Assembly (NCBI GenBank): GCA_038087875.1
Contig: CM075989.1
Span: forward strand, 22,198,001 to 22,262,000
Origin: Malacoraja senta
Lineage: Eukaryota
Reading direction: 5' to 3'
Length of the DNA: 64,000 bases
A model generated the notes under the pieces. That model was not told where the DNA came from. It made no database searches and worked only from the letters and a program-made list of their open reading frames with translations. Below, piece after piece: positions 34,874 through 48,752 of this stretch. The position numbers were made by a program, and so were the translations under genes. The first letter of the stretch is position 1, and each line of letters begins with the position of its first letter.

Positions 34874-36134
34874 AAAAAAATTGTGGAATGGTGAAAAATC
34901 ACTCGGGAAGTTGTACGGCACAGCTATTGATTTTACACAAAAAACCTTCCTCTTACTGAGAGATAACTCGGGGACACTGAATGATGTTCACAATCTGCAC
35001 AAACAGCCCGACATGGAACTAATTTTATCCAATGTTTCTCGATTCCACCGTTCTTCCTCAACACTGAGGGTACTATTTTGGATGCTTGTTCAGCAAGGAG
35101 AATTTAAACAAAAGTATACATTTTTGAAGGGCTCTCACTGAGTTAAAAATTGTCCAAATGCCTTTTTGAATGTAAAAGTCTAGCATTCAGAAAACTTAGC
35201 TTACACTTTCACTCATTTCTATCCATATTCTTACCACATTTACTATCTAAATATCCGTGATGGAATGGTTACTAAACAGTTACTACAAGCTGTTGTGTTT
35301 ACAATACTCAGTTAACACAATATAGTTTTCCAGCTGCTTGGTCTGAGATTATATCTTCCAATGTGCTGGTATTATGTACCTCAGTGCTTCAGTGTAAGTA
35401 TCAACACCAGAGCTAACACAGTGGGAGCAGTAATATTTAATATATCAATACCCAAGCCAGAACTATGAACACACATACGTTTGTCTGCTCATTGCTTTGA
35501 TTCTGTTGAAAGAATTCACAAAATGTTAACGCTTGAATAATTTTACCTGAGTAATTTAAAATATTAAGCTAACATTTTGAAAAAGCAAAATTGAAGATCT
35601 GCTGGAAGATAATTTATATTTTTGGAAATAAATAGGGGTCTGAAGCATAGCTCGAGTGTGGCCAAAAACGTGCTGTGTGGTCTTTAAATACAAATGGTAA
35701 TCTTATTTTTACAGAGGACTTTTGAATCATTGCTGAGATAATTTGATTTGCAGTTCTATTTTTTTACATTATGGTGGAGTCAAATTTTCAACTATAAAAA
35801 ATTGAAGTAATATATCACCTTAATAAAAAGTTTGCCGAAACAGATCATTGCCTGAATTTAATATAAACGAAGAGATATTATTTTTCAATAGATGCTGAAT
35901 ATATATACAATGCTGGAAGTTTTTTGATATTTTGGTGGAAAATAAATTTGCCATGCATGCAATAAATATATATATTTAAAATTATCAGTAATAAGAGACA
36001 AACATCACTGCACAAGTTTTAAAATGTGTCATCCAAATACCAAAATTCTAATATCTCAGAAAGGTTTTAAAACATTTTTACATCAATATTTATCACACTT
36101 ATCAAAATCATCTTGTTATAAAGTATCTTGGCCA

Positions 36135-36225
36135 TGTCAGAAGAAGGGTCCCGACCCGAAACATCCCCTATCCATGTCCTCCAGAGATGTTGCCTGACCT
36201 GTAGAGTTACTCCAGCACTTTGTGC
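36135..36225 (+). mobile_element. PLE terminal-repeat fragment
   Basis: CAGAAGAAGGGTCCCGACCCGAAACATC...GAGTTACTCCAGCACTTTGTG. Confidence 0.75.
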
Positions 36226-39200
36226 TTTGATTTATATAAAATTTGTGCAAGACGCACAGTAATTTGCGTTAATTATTAAATCTAATATAAAGAACCAGAA
36301 AATGCACCAACTAAAGTCCCAGCATTAAAGCTAAGTTTACAGAATAAGAAAAGTGCAACTTGTAAAATGCTGATGCAATTTGCAATATTGATATATGTGG
36401 ATAACAGAAAACGCGATAAATCTGACGTCAAGATTTAAAGAAATATAATTAGCTTGTTTTCACTAAACTTTAGTTTCCTGTAATAGAGTACTTATCCCTG
36501 CCAAGAATAAGCATTACTGTATCATTGGTTGAAACTTCAATTACTTTTAATTTATGAATCAGACTGATAAATATTGCATTACAAATGTATATCAAAGATG
36601 CTTCCAGGCATAATAAAATAATAACAGTGATGTCTCCCCCCCCCCCCCCTCACCCAGCCAGTCAAAGGGTTGAACTTTATGAAAGCTATTTTCATTATTA
36701 TAGCAATCAAACAAAATTACTACTTGAAAACATCTCTGATCCCAGTACACGAGTTGCTCTACTTATACTAACGAAGAATTAAAACACTTTGCTAATCCTT
36801 TTTTTTGTCTGTAAATTATGGCTAGAAGCAGAATTCCTTCACTGGAACGCACTGCTCATCTTCCTCTTTAACATTTTCTTTTATCTGACTTGGCATAAGA
36901 GCTGTCAAGGCAACCTTACTGTATGGGGCCTCTTCTCTGATATATTTTGCAAATAAAATGGTTCATGTGTCATCCATGGTCCCTGCGGCCTTGCTGTCTG
37001 AGTTCCTGCTCGAACAGGTGATAACCTGATAGACTTTATCTTGTGTTCGTCAACCTCCCTGAAGTCTACAGACACTTCCACTGGCTGTTAGGCATTTTAA
37101 AATTCCCCCTTGAGCCATAACCTTCCCCCCTTCTTCTATCATCAGCTGGTATGTCTCTGAGCTGTCAGTAGCTTGTTTTTTATTGATGTTTCCATGTGTT
37201 TTATGTCTTTCTGAGATATGACGGCCATGACATAGCCATAGAGCTGTAGTGATTTCAATCAGGCTGCATAAGAGGGTCTGGGTTTTAACTTATACAGTCT
37301 GTCTTCGATACTTCAGAGTTTCACCTTTAATGAAAATGTTTCTGAAGGCAGAAAACCCCCCCGCCTGTGTGCAACATCAGTGATGAATACACAAGACAAA
37401 AGCCTGCTTTTGTCATAAAGGAAGCAAGAATAGAAAGTGACCCTTGGGCCAAAGGTGCTGACACCTCATCAAATCCCTTTAGGCTCGATGTGGCAGGCTA
37501 GGGATGGCTTAAGATTACTTTATCACATCCAAGAGTGATGCTTGCATTTACTTCAGATGTCCAACATGTAAAGAGTTGTACATTTCCCAACGCATGTCGC
37601 CCATTAAATCAAGTTTAAGTGACTTGTGGAGCACATAGCCTTGTCAAACTGAGCTAAGCTTAAATCAAATTGAAACGCGAAAATATGTGCAGAGAGTTAT
37701 TATTGAAACAATCTCCAAGCTTACTTCTCATCAATGCCATTTATTTGCAATAATCCTGCAAGCAAATTAGGGAACGTATTTTCAAAGCAGTACAAATATC
37801 TCTGGATTGGTGGTTGTGAACTCCTGTAGATCAATAATGAAATTAAACTTATTGCTGGAATTTTTATTTCTCAACTTAAATAATAAGTAACAAAAAACTA
37901 TTGAAATTAGGGAATATCTGTAATTGAACTACACTTTTTCATTCTAACTTCATAACAATGGTAATTTCATTCAGAAGCAACTTAAAAAAAATTATAACTC
38001 CGTAATTTTTACAAATCAATTGAAATATTTATTTTGTCTTTAATCCCTCGCAGTCTAGTTTAACAATTTTATTAAGCACATTATTTAGAATTGTAGTGTT
38101 ATATAAATTTAGTCATCTTCTTTAGTTGTACAGCACACAATATTTCCTCATGTGATAGAATATAATTCCTACCAAGCCCTATCAAGGTGATATGAACTTA
38201 ATATAATTAATAGCTCATTGAATGATTTTTCAACTCGGAACAATAATATCAACATTTGTCATGAAAGTTTCTATTACTGCAATACTAGAAAGCGTTGTAC
38301 TGTATTTTCCTTTTGAACTGGAGGACAGGGAAAGGATTAAAAGATCATGAAATATGTTTTGTTCCAATTAATAGTTAAAACATCCAAGTTGCTGTATTAT
38401 AGAAAATGGAACTCAAAAATCATGTTAATATATAATGCATGGTAATTTATTGTTAGAAGCTTCCTTAACGTTGCAAAAAAATACTGAATGTAAATGTCCT
38501 AACACAATAACCTATGCAAATGCTCAAATCAGTTTAACTGAAAAATGCAAGAGTCTAACTGGTTTCATTGTAATAATGTTAAAAATAGGATTACATTTTT
38601 CATGATAAATTTGCATAGCTATGCATAATTTTTACACAATTGTTCTGGAATGATCGTTGTTCGGTGTAGTTTGCCACTGTTAGTCTCATACACTAACCCA
38701 AGGAGTCTACTTTCAACACACTATGAAATGCTGTTCGCCAGACCTGCTGAAATTCTTTTCAAAAAACACTGTGACAAGTAGCCCCAGCACTCAGAATAAC
38801 TCGCTGTTCTGTCAGCATAATAATATGCCATTGTTTTCTGGTTAAATGCTTTTCAGAAATCTAATTACCTGAATGACAATTGTTGGCATCACTGCTGAGA
38901 TAAGTGCCTTAATTTGTTTTTATTAATATCATTAATCCCTTTGAGAACTTCTTAGTAGTTGGGGGGGAAAAAAACATTGTTCACAACATATAATACATTA
39001 CTTTTCAAGCAAGCGCTTAGCCAAACAAAGGTGAATACTAATTGCATTGCCAAACTGCGTTATGCAACAGTTATATGGCAGTAGATAAACTCCATAAAAA
39101 TAATTCTATCATATGTTGCTTGGAGTGATAATTTTGTTTATTGAAAAACCCTTAAGGATAAACCATGTACTTTATTTCCAAGGGCACTGAGTAAGTATTT

Positions 39201-40139
39201 ATCTAGTGTTGAAGAAATGCAGATAGTTTCTGTTCCTGTGATCTTAAATATTTGCAGATTGCACGCGCTCTGATTTTTTTAACACTATAATAAGTCTATA
39301 GTTGGGTCTGAGTCAAATATAAGCTGTCACCCAGGAAGTATTGAGGGAAGTAAAATCTTCACAGCAGAGGTTTAAAATTTCAATTTATATTGGTCGTGAC
39401 TTGTGACACAGTTTGGTGAGTTGGGGCCTGGGAGTCAGGGTTACCACTGACCTCTCTTCAGGCTGGTTGAGAGAGATGTCAGCTGAAAACTCCCAGGGAT
39501 GAACTAGCTGCCAACTAATCTGAAAACTTCTGCCAAATTGTCGTACCCCTCAGCTGAATGCTAACCCGAGAGGAGGGGAGTAGAAGCACTAAAAAGGTTA
39601 GAGGTGGTCATCACTTTCAATAGTGGGCTGTCTGCTTCATTAAAGACAGCCGGTCCCAAACAGCATGGGAGTCAAGCAATTCTGTAACCTCTAGGTTGGT
39701 ACTTTCTGCATAATTTTAAAATCAAAGGGATGGTGAGAAGATGATAGAAAGACTTTTTTGTTTTAGTTTTCTCCTATTCTTAGGTTTGTTATACTTTACC
39801 ACAATTAATAGGGGAACAGTGATTACAGCCTCCTAAGAATAAAATATGTTGAGAATCAATAATTTATTTTAATTCATAAATATTAATTCCAGCATATTAT
39901 GCACTTACACAGACATTTATTGTAACTAACAGTGGGTATTTTTGATTAATCATCTCAAAATATTCCTATGTAACTTGTGTGAAAATAATTCTATATATTA
40001 ATTCAATTTCTAGAATATACAGTATTGTAGAACAAACTTGCCAAATTACCATACAATGCAAGAACCAACACCGACAAGTTTGTATTGATTTATTTAAAAT
40101 ATTTTCATCTCAATAGCTTATCTTTAGGCCTTCTTTAAC

Positions 40140-40261
40140 TGTGCACTGTGGACGGCTTGATTGTCCTCATCTGTAGTCTTCCTTGACTGGATAGCAGGCA
40201 AACAAAAGCTCTTCACTGTACCTCGGTACATGCGACAATAATAAACTGAACTAAACTAAAC
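40140..40261 (+). mobile_element. Rex1/Babar-like LINE 3' tail
   Basis: TTCACTGTACCTCGGTACATGCGACAATAATAAA followed by (CTAAA)n. Confidence 0.7.
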
Positions 40262-42014
40262 AGCAGTTGCTTTTTTTGATGTTATGACTTTATGAAAAAT
40301 GAAAGCAAATGAGAAACTGTACACATGGACTAGTTTATTAAGTGATTCATCCTTAACAATAAAAATTATTTCTCTGTATTAATGGATAAATTAAGACCTT
40401 CGGTCGTGGATATATTTGCTTAGAGTGTCAAGACATATATATTTTATTTTCGAAATGCAAGCTATATAACAAATGTTTGCAATTTGCTATTTTAAAATAA
40501 TCTCAGTTTGTTAAAATAATATTGCAATACTTGGTAGCAAAATAAATGCACTAATAAGTATGATATACTTTAGTATTAAAATGCTCAATTTTATTTTTAT
40601 TTGGGTTGCATGGCAAACAAAAAATGTACAAGCTGCTTCCACGTCAAATTACATGGCACTCCCGATTATAAATAAAACTTTATGAAAGAAGTTTCTGGCG
40701 TTAAACATCAGAATCCTATTTTTCAAATAACCAAAGTGATGCAACTTCATTCTTACTATAAACGTATTATTATGCGATGCTAGTTGTATGCGCTTATCGC
40801 ATCGATTGTATCGATTTGACAAAGAGTTACTTATTTATTCATCTGTTTGCACGCTATACTGTAGAAGTTGGTGACTAGTCATTGTTGCTAGTTTTACTAG
40901 CGAGCTGATAATTATAGGAATATCGTGATATCTGGGTCTGATTACAATAGTCAACCGGGACAATTAAACCCAGTGGCGGCTGAATAGAGCATTAGGACTA
41001 ATTTTACAGATTGTGTGAATTAAAAATTTTATAGGACATTTTCATAACTTTTTTAGTACAATTTGATTGCATATATTTGATTGACTAAATAAAAACTAAA
41101 ATAGGAAATAATGCTATATAAATATTGCAGTATTAAGTTCGGTCACATAGTTGAAATAAATAGTATAAATATACTATTGCTCTTTTATTATTAATATAAT
41201 GAACTATTTTTGTCCTTTTCTTTGCATGGAGACTTTTAGGAGTTTCGGATTTTTACGTTTGCAATGCCATGATAAAATTAAACAAATCATAAAAGGATGA
41301 AATAATTTCTAAGAAATATTAAAAACAATGAGTATTTCTGTTAAGTTGAAGAATCAATGGCATTTTTATACAAAATATTTTTAATAAAAGTACAAAATAT
41401 AAGATCTTCAAAGTGAAATAAGGCTGACAATGGGAGAAATAACATTTCTAATTGTTTTTGTAAAGAGAAAGAATGTTAATATTTTAGATGCAAACCTTGG
41501 AATAATTCCCAACAAAACCATATTGCTTATATTTCATGTTTTATTGAAATAGAGGCAGGGCATATCTGTGATGTATCCCTGGAAATTTATGCTTTAATTT
41601 TCGCAATCATTTCAGTATCAAAATATGTTTGAACATGTCAATGTCTATAGTGCAAGCCAATCTGCTAACACATCATGGCGAAATTAGTCTACCACATATT
41701 ATATACACGATAATCCACCTTACAGTTTATCATTTGCTATGTTCTAACATATATTCTTGATGTGAAATCTAATTCCGGTTAAAAAAAAGTTGGGGTACCA
41801 AATAAAAGTAATTTGTTGTTGTGAAATTCTGAATAGTCATCACACTTTAAATAGAAAAGATTATGCATGATCTATAGATTAATACATGATGTAAAGATTA
41901 ACATCAAAATAAACACTGTTTGGTTGTTTATTTAAATTGTGATCTACTAGAAAATTAGGCTTCTATATTTTAATAATTGAACCATCCTGTTATACCTTTT
42001 ATTAAATGATTCTA

Positions 42015-42230
42015 GTTTACTTTATTTTTGTCACGTGTACCGAGGTACAGTGAAAAGCTTTTGTTTGCGTGCTATCCAGTCCGAGAAAATACTATACACG
42101 ATTACAATCGAAACGTCCATAGTGTACATATACAGGATAAAGGGTAGACTTTTCAGAGCAAAAAATAACATTGAAGTCTAATAAAGTCCAACTAAAGATA
42201 GTTCCAAGGCCTCCAATGAGGTAGATAATT
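42015..42230 (-). mobile_element. Rex1/Babar-like LINE 3' tail
   Basis: Reverse complement of the same tail family. Confidence 0.7.
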
Positions 42231-43189
42231 AGTGCCATAACCAAGAATAAAAAAATAGATTATTTTTATTAATTTATATTACATTGGCGCAAGTCAACTA
42301 GCTGAAAATAGTAATATTTATACCTCCAAAGGTAACAGATGAGCAAACGTTAAACTTAATTGATAAAAACAGCATTGAAAAAAAGCAAAACAGCCTTCAC
42401 AAGCGAGGAATGAAAGGGAATATAAAGGTTTATGAGAAACAACAGGATATGTCAAGGTAGAAAAGGGAATGAGGGAAAAAACTGCTAAGTTTTTTTGTAC
42501 AGTCAGATTCTGTCAAATTCACAGTCAGCCTAGCAACTCAAAGGTGACACCTGGAGACAAGGCTTCAGACCATTTCTTCTTGATGGGGGTGTCTTCTGCA
42601 CGAGAGTTATTACCTGGCATAATAGCATATGGTAAAATGTAAACAACATCTGCATATTCTTGTAATAATTTCATATGTTTAATTAGTTCCAGCAAAGCAG
42701 TTTACCCTTGGAGACCCTCACTGTCAGCATTGAGATCATACATTTCTGCCCTGCTGTCTCCGTTGACAGCCGTCCATTGTTCATATGACGCGTTCGACTC
42801 ACCAGCTAATGTGACTGAATCTTCAGAGGGTAAGAGCTCATCTCACCAATCCAGCTGTAGGAGAATCCGTCTGTCTGTCCCCATGGAAAGTGCTAATGGC
42901 AGATGTGACAGTTGATATAAATTTGGGAGATGTACATCATAAGGGCCAGTGACAATTCCTTTACCTTTATCTTATACGTAAACAGCAAAGCAGCTTTTAA
43001 GTGTATTAACAGGGATGATGTACGCAATTAAAATTTTGATCACCTTTGTCAAGATATGTAGATTCAAAAACAAACATAGTGCCGTGTTGGGATGTTGGCG
43101 AGTGTGGGAAGGAAGGGGGAGAGTGGGTCGGTGGAACTATTTGCTTTTAACATAATACATGTGCTTTATTTGATCATTCATTAACATTC

Positions 43190-43345
43190 CACAGATTCAC
43201 CGCCCTCTGACTAAAGAAATGCCTCCTCGTCTCCTTTCTAAAGGTACGTCCTTTTATTCTGAGGCTGTGGCCTCTGTTCCTAGACTCTCCCACTAGTGGA
43301 AACATCCTCCCCACATCCACTCTATCCAGGCCTTTCACTATTCAC
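43190..43345 (-). mobile_element. CR1 ORF2 C-terminal fragment
   Basis: Reverse complement of the KGLDRVD...SR.RGHSLRIKG-coding sequence. Confidence 0.8.
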
Positions 43346-43401
43346 TATTTTAACACTGCTGTTACTCTCGAATAATTGGTGGCACACTGATCAAATGTAA
43401 T

Positions 43402-43737
43402 GGGGCAGCCACGGTGGCGCAGCGGTAGAGTTGCTGCATTACAGCGCTTGCAGCGCCGGAGACCCGGGTTCAATCCCGAGTACGGGTGCTATCAGTAAGC
43501 AGTTTGTACGTTCTCCCCGTGACCTGAGTGGGTTTTCTCCAAGATCTTCGGTTTCCTCCCACATTCCAAAGAGGTACAGGTTTGTACGTTAATTGGCTTG
43601 GTGCATGTGTAAATTGTCCCTAGTGGGTGTAGGATGGTGTTAATGTGCGGGGATCGCTGGTCGGTGCGGACTCGGTGGGCCAAAGAGCCTGTTTCCACGC
43701 TATGTCTCTAAACTAAACAAAAACTAAACTAAACTAA
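43402..43737 (+). mobile_element. HE1-type V-SINE, full length
   Basis: A and B boxes, V-domain and tail. Confidence 0.92.
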
Positions 43738-43889
43738 CTCTGCAGGAATGCTGCAGTGCATAGGTGTTGCCATGGAGTGACTTGTTAAATTGAGATCCTC
43801 TTTGACCTCTTGGATAAATGTAAATATACACACCTAAAATACAATTAAATTAGAGAAGGACATTTTTTCTCTGTCCAAGCTAATTTATT

Positions 43890-44030
43890 CATAGTGTGGA
43901 AACAGGCCCTTCAGCCCAACTTGCCCACACCGGCCAACATGTCCCATCTACATTAGTCCCAACTGCCTACGTTTAGCCCTTATCCCTCTAAACCTGTCCT
44001 ATCCATGTACCTGTCCAAATCTTTCTTAAA
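43890..44030 (-). mobile_element. CR1 (HER1-like) 3' end
   Basis: Shares the GGGCTGAAGGGCCTGTTTCCAC terminus with HE1. Confidence 0.8.
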
Positions 44031-44725
44031 TCAAAATGGATTAAAATAAAACTCCGATAATGCACTTCACATTTGTTTGGAGATCCCAATTATTTGAAAT
44101 TTCAATGGTTCAACAATGCTTTATTGTCACATGTGTGAAGTGCAAACGCTCAGTGAAATTCCTTTCTTCCAAATAGTCCAGTACAGTATTGCCATACCAT
44201 CCCCGATTAGCAGTTGTAGAAAAATAATCTACTGAGCCCGCATGCAAGAGGTGCCAAGTTTAGGCGCCATTTTCCAAGTCAAGTCCACATTCCAGTTGTT
44301 CTAATCGGAACCCGATCCAGGCGAGCCCCAGGCTGCTGCAGGGCCTCCAGCCATCGCCTTCCTTGGTCGGCAAGCAACCGACATCATCTCCTCCCCATCC
44401 ACCTTTGTTCCCCAGGGGCAAATTACCCGGGGGAGATCACCAAATGTGAATTGCTATGCTCACATTAGACTCCTGCTCATGTGCTTCTACTGGGGCCCTG
44501 GTTCTTGCACCCCCATTAACTTACTAGGGTTTCATTCCTGCACTCCCATGAACATCACAAATATCCATTCTGCACTCACATCGAACTCAATGAGATCCTT
44601 TACCTTGAAGCTCACCTGGTAAGTCTTTCTAGGCTGTTCCAGTCCACAGTTGAGAATCAACCACATTAGTTGGGCTAATATAGGCCAGAACAGAACGATT
44701 ACCATATTTTCTTAATGTCATTAAA

Positions 44726-45150
44726 AGGAACTGCAGATGCTGGTTTACACCAAAGATAGACACAAAATGGTGGTGCAACTCAGCGGGTCAGGCAGCATCT
44801 CTGGATACAATCTATAAGTGACATTCCGGGTCGGGACCCTTCTTCAGACTGATCGTAGAAGGGAGAGCAGGAAAAAAATGGAAATAAGAACAAGCTACAC
44901 AAATCAGTGTTGGCAACAGATGATCTCTGGCGAGGAGGTTCCCTGATAGGCAGATTGTTGGATAGAGACGGGTGTGAGTATCAAGAGGGATACATAGTTG
45001 TGGAATGTGAAGCTAGTTAATGGACTTTTAAAGTTAACGCTCTCCCTACTACAATCAGTTTGAAGAGGGGTCCCTACCCGAAACGTCACTTGTCCACTTT
45101 CTCCAGAGATGCTGCTAGACCCGTTGAGTTACTCCAACATTTTGTGTCAA
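44726..45150. mobile_element. PLE 3' region with inverted terminal repeat
   Basis: Minus arm 44726-44850 plus 3' UTR; plus arm 45055-45150 with TGAAGAGGGGTCCCTACCCGAAACGTC. Confidence 0.8.
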
Positions 45151-45614
45151 TACAAGATTTTCTTTCCTACTTGACCTTTAACCTGGTCGGTAAATTTTGT
45201 TACTATAACGCATTTCAATAATTTACGAGCAGCTCTATTGCTACCACATTGGTATACAGCCCTGGTTGATATCTCCACGTTTGAATATGATTTGCCTTGC
45301 TAGTGCTTCCAGCAATCGCCATGGGCAATATTGAACCCATCACATTATCGTAACAAAACATGATGACTATTTTGGAGAGTTTCCAAACCAGTCAAATGAG
45401 TAACTACACTCAACAGTTTCAACTATTACTCAATGATAATCAAAGGGATCCTTCCCACAAAGTAATAACATTATAACCAGTTGACTTGGAAAGGTTAGCC
45501 ACAATGAATCTTGCAATAGATTGATGGGCATTTATCTTGTGGTGGGATCATCCACTTTAAAACATTCAGTGAATGTGATTATCCCAGTGTTCTTGCAAAA
45601 CCTCCTGTATATTT

Positions 45615-45708
45615 AAGATAGGAAAAAAAGCTGGAGTAACTCAGCAGGTCAGACAGCATCTCTGGAGAAAAGGAATAGGTGATGTTTTGAGTCGAGACCC
45701 TTCTTCAG
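45615..45708 (-). mobile_element. PLE terminal-repeat fragment
   Basis: GCTGGAGTAACTCAGC...GAGACCCTTCTTCAG. Confidence 0.75.
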
Positions 45709-45939
45709 GCACTCCTTCTTACACATGCCTATATATTTACCGTTGGTAAGGTTATAGTCAAACGGCTTTAATAATTTTGTTGAATGGATGACCTAACATG
45801 TTCTTGCATGTTGGTGAAGCTCCATTGAAACTGACGGAGATTTTCCATTATACAAGTGACATGAGAACCTTGTCTATCCACAAGGTAAGCATGGATGTAC
45901 TATTTCCAGATCTTCTGGTATCACATCTGTCAATCTGTT

Positions 45940-46160
45940 GTAGGGAATCTAGAACCAACGGAGATTGCTTTAAGGTAAAAGGGGAAAGATTTAATAAGAA
46001 CCTGAGGAGCAACCTTTTCACTCAGGGGGTGGTAGGTATATGGAACAAGCTGCCAGTGGAGGTAGTATAAGACCATTTAAAAAATACTTTCAGACAGATA
46101 CGTTGATGGGAAAGGGACATGGCACTTGAAGGGTTTAGAGGGACATGCACCAACTGCGGG
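45940..46160 (+). mobile_element. CR1 (HER1-like) 3' fragment
   Basis: Encodes FTQGVVGIWNKLP. Confidence 0.8.
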
Positions 46161-46179
46161 TAAATGGGACTAGCTTAGT

Positions 46180-46495
46180 TAAGTCCATTTGAAGATAGTC
46201 TGAGGGTCTCCAATGAAGTAGATAGTAGCTCAGGATCACTCTCGTTGGTGGTAGGATGGTTCAGTTGCCTGACAACAGCTGGGAAAAAAACTGTCTCTGA
46301 ATCTGGAGGTGTGTGTTTTCATCGCTGTACCTCTTGCCTGATTGGAGAGGGGAGAAGAGGGAATGACCAGGGTGAGACACATCCTTGATTATGCTGCTGG
46401 CCTTGCTAAGGCAGTGTGAAGTGTAGATGGAGACAATGGAAGGGAACTTAGTTTGTGTGGTGGTCTGGGCTGCGTCAACAATTCTCTGCAGTGGT
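46180..46495 (-). mobile_element. Rex1/Babar-like LINE ORF C-terminus
   Basis: LQRIVDAAQ...KASSIIKDVSHPGHSLFSPLQSGKRY motif. Confidence 0.8.
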
Positions 46496-46839
46496 CTTGG
46501 CCCATTTATCTTTCCTGCAGACATTTTAGGAGTACTACAGTATGTGGAATACTAATCTGCAAAGATGTGGATTTATCAAGTCGGTTTTCGAATGTGGGCT
46601 GTGTATGAAGTGAAATGTGTGGGTGGGGGGGGGGCGGGGGGGGGGATCCAACATCAAAATGGTTTTCCAGTTAGAGGGGGGGAAGGCAACTGATCACATC
46701 TCATGGCATTTCTCCAGAATGCAAATTCACCAGAGTTCTTCAGATCTTTTCAAATAAATATATTATAGCATATGATCGTTAATGTTGTTTATCATATGGA
46801 GAAAAAGTTCAACTGGATAACATTATCTAGCAGTGAATT

Positions 46840-47228
46840 AGTGAAAGGTCTGGATAGAATAGATGTGGAGAAGCTGTTTCAACTAGTGGGAGAGACAAGA
46901 TGCAGAGGGCACAGCCTCAGAATAAAATGACTTACCTTTAGAATGGAGATGTGAAGGAATTTCTTTGGTCAGAGGGTGATGAATCTGCAGAATTCATTGT
47001 CACATATGGCTGTGGAGGCCAAGTCATTGGATATTTTAAAAGCGGACAGATTCTTGATTAGTACGGGTGTCAAAGGTTGTGGGGAGAAGGCATGAGAATG
47101 GGATTGAGAGGGAAAGATAGATCAGCCATGATTGAACAGCAGAGTATACTTGGAGGGCTGGTCGGTGCTGGCTCAAAGGGCCGAATGGCGTACACCTGCA
47201 GCTATTTTCTATGTTGCTATGTTTCTAT
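46840..47228 (+). mobile_element. CR1 LINE 3' fragment
   Basis: KGLDRID...RGHSLRIK-coding sequence plus 3' UTR and tail. Confidence 0.85.
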
Positions 47229-48029
47229 TTTTCTAAAGCTTGTATAATGTATGACTGGCCTAATGACCAAACTGAGGTAAAGAGTTTTATATGGGACTTC
47301 CCCTTTTTCTAACATAGATCCTGATCCAATTTTGATTGCCCAACTTGAATTGATGTGGATAGGAAGGAACTGCAGATGCTGGTTTACACCGAACATAGAC
47401 ACAAAAAGCTGGAGCCAGACAGACTCTCTGGAGAAAAGGAAAAGGCTACGTTTATTTATTTGTTTTTGATGTGTACTGCTTCCATTATGTTTATTTTCAC
47501 CTGTCACCAAAAAAAAAATTGCATTTACAACATTACAGCTTCGATTCTTAACTTCAAACTAGATCAGAAGTATAATCAATGTATCATGACATTTCCCTTG
47601 TAGTGGGAAAAAAGTAGAGCATTCAACACTACAAAAACACCCAGCTTCAGTCGTATCCTATTCCTATTAGACAAGTAAGTCACTTAATACAAAATATTTA
47701 ATCATTGAGAAATCTTAATTATGCCTTGCCTTATTTTTTTCTCGAAAACAAATTCTGCCGTACCAGCATGGTAACACACAATGCAGAACGGATAATTAAA
47801 ATTTGTGCTGGCAACATGTTAAAAAAATATGTAAACACTCACAGAAGGAAGGAAGAGAATAATATCTAATTAACACAAATGAAATACATTGGCAGTGACT
47901 TGCCTACTGTAAATATCTCCATATAACGTTCAAAGGAGATTGCAAACAGAATGGTTCCAATTTTTAACAAGTGCCATGATATTTAGATTCATTATTTCAA
48001 CCGATTGATGTGTATTTTCAATAGAGGAA

Positions 48030-48453
48030 TCACTGTCAAAGTGAGGCCCAATGCACATTGGAGGAACAGCACCTCATGTTTCACTTGGGCAGCGTACACC
48101 CCAGCGGTATGAATATTGACTTCTCTAACTTTACGTAACCCTTGCTTTTCCTCTCTCTCCATCCCTCCCCATCCAAGTTCTCCCACCAGTCTGACTGTCC
48201 TCCTGATTACGTTTTATCTTTGTATACCTCGTTGTTACCTACCGCTAGCTAACAATGATCTATTCTACATGTTCCTTGAATTTCGTCCTCTTGGATCTCT
48301 TGTTTTCACACCATACTCTTCCATATTTCTGTGTGTGTTCCCTCTCCCCTGACTCTCAGTCTAAAGAAGGGTCTCGACCTGAAACGTCACCCATTCCTTC
48401 TATCCAGAGATGCTGCCTGCCCCGCTGAGTTACTCCGGCATTTTGTGTCTATC
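48030..48453 (+). mobile_element. PLE 3' portion: GIY-YIG C-terminus, 3' UTR and hammerhead-bearing terminal repeat
   Basis: Encodes LEEQHLMFHLGSVHPSGMNIDFSN-stop; CTAAAGAAGGGTCTCGACCTGAAACGTC at 48361. Confidence 0.85.
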
Positions 48454-48454
48454 T

Positions 48455-48752
48455 AGAGGAATCAAGAACCAGAGGACGTAGATTTAAGGTGACTAGGGAA
48501 AGATCTAATAGGAACCTGAAGGATAACTTTTTTACACAAAGGGTGGTGGGTGTATGGAACGAGCTGCCGGAGGGGGTAGTGAAGGCAGGTATTATCACAA
48601 CGCTTCAGAAATATTTAGACAGGTACATGGATAGGACAGGTTTAGAGGGATATGGGCCAAATGCAGGCAGGGTGGACTAGTGTAGATGGGACCTGTTAGG
48701 CTGTGTGGGCAAGTTGGGCTGAAGGGTCTGTTTCCACGCTTTATGACTCTAT
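48455..48752 (+). mobile_element. CR1 (HER1-like) 3' fragment
   Basis: FFTQRVVGVWNELPE...GYGPNAG; 3' end shared with HE1. Confidence 0.9.
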
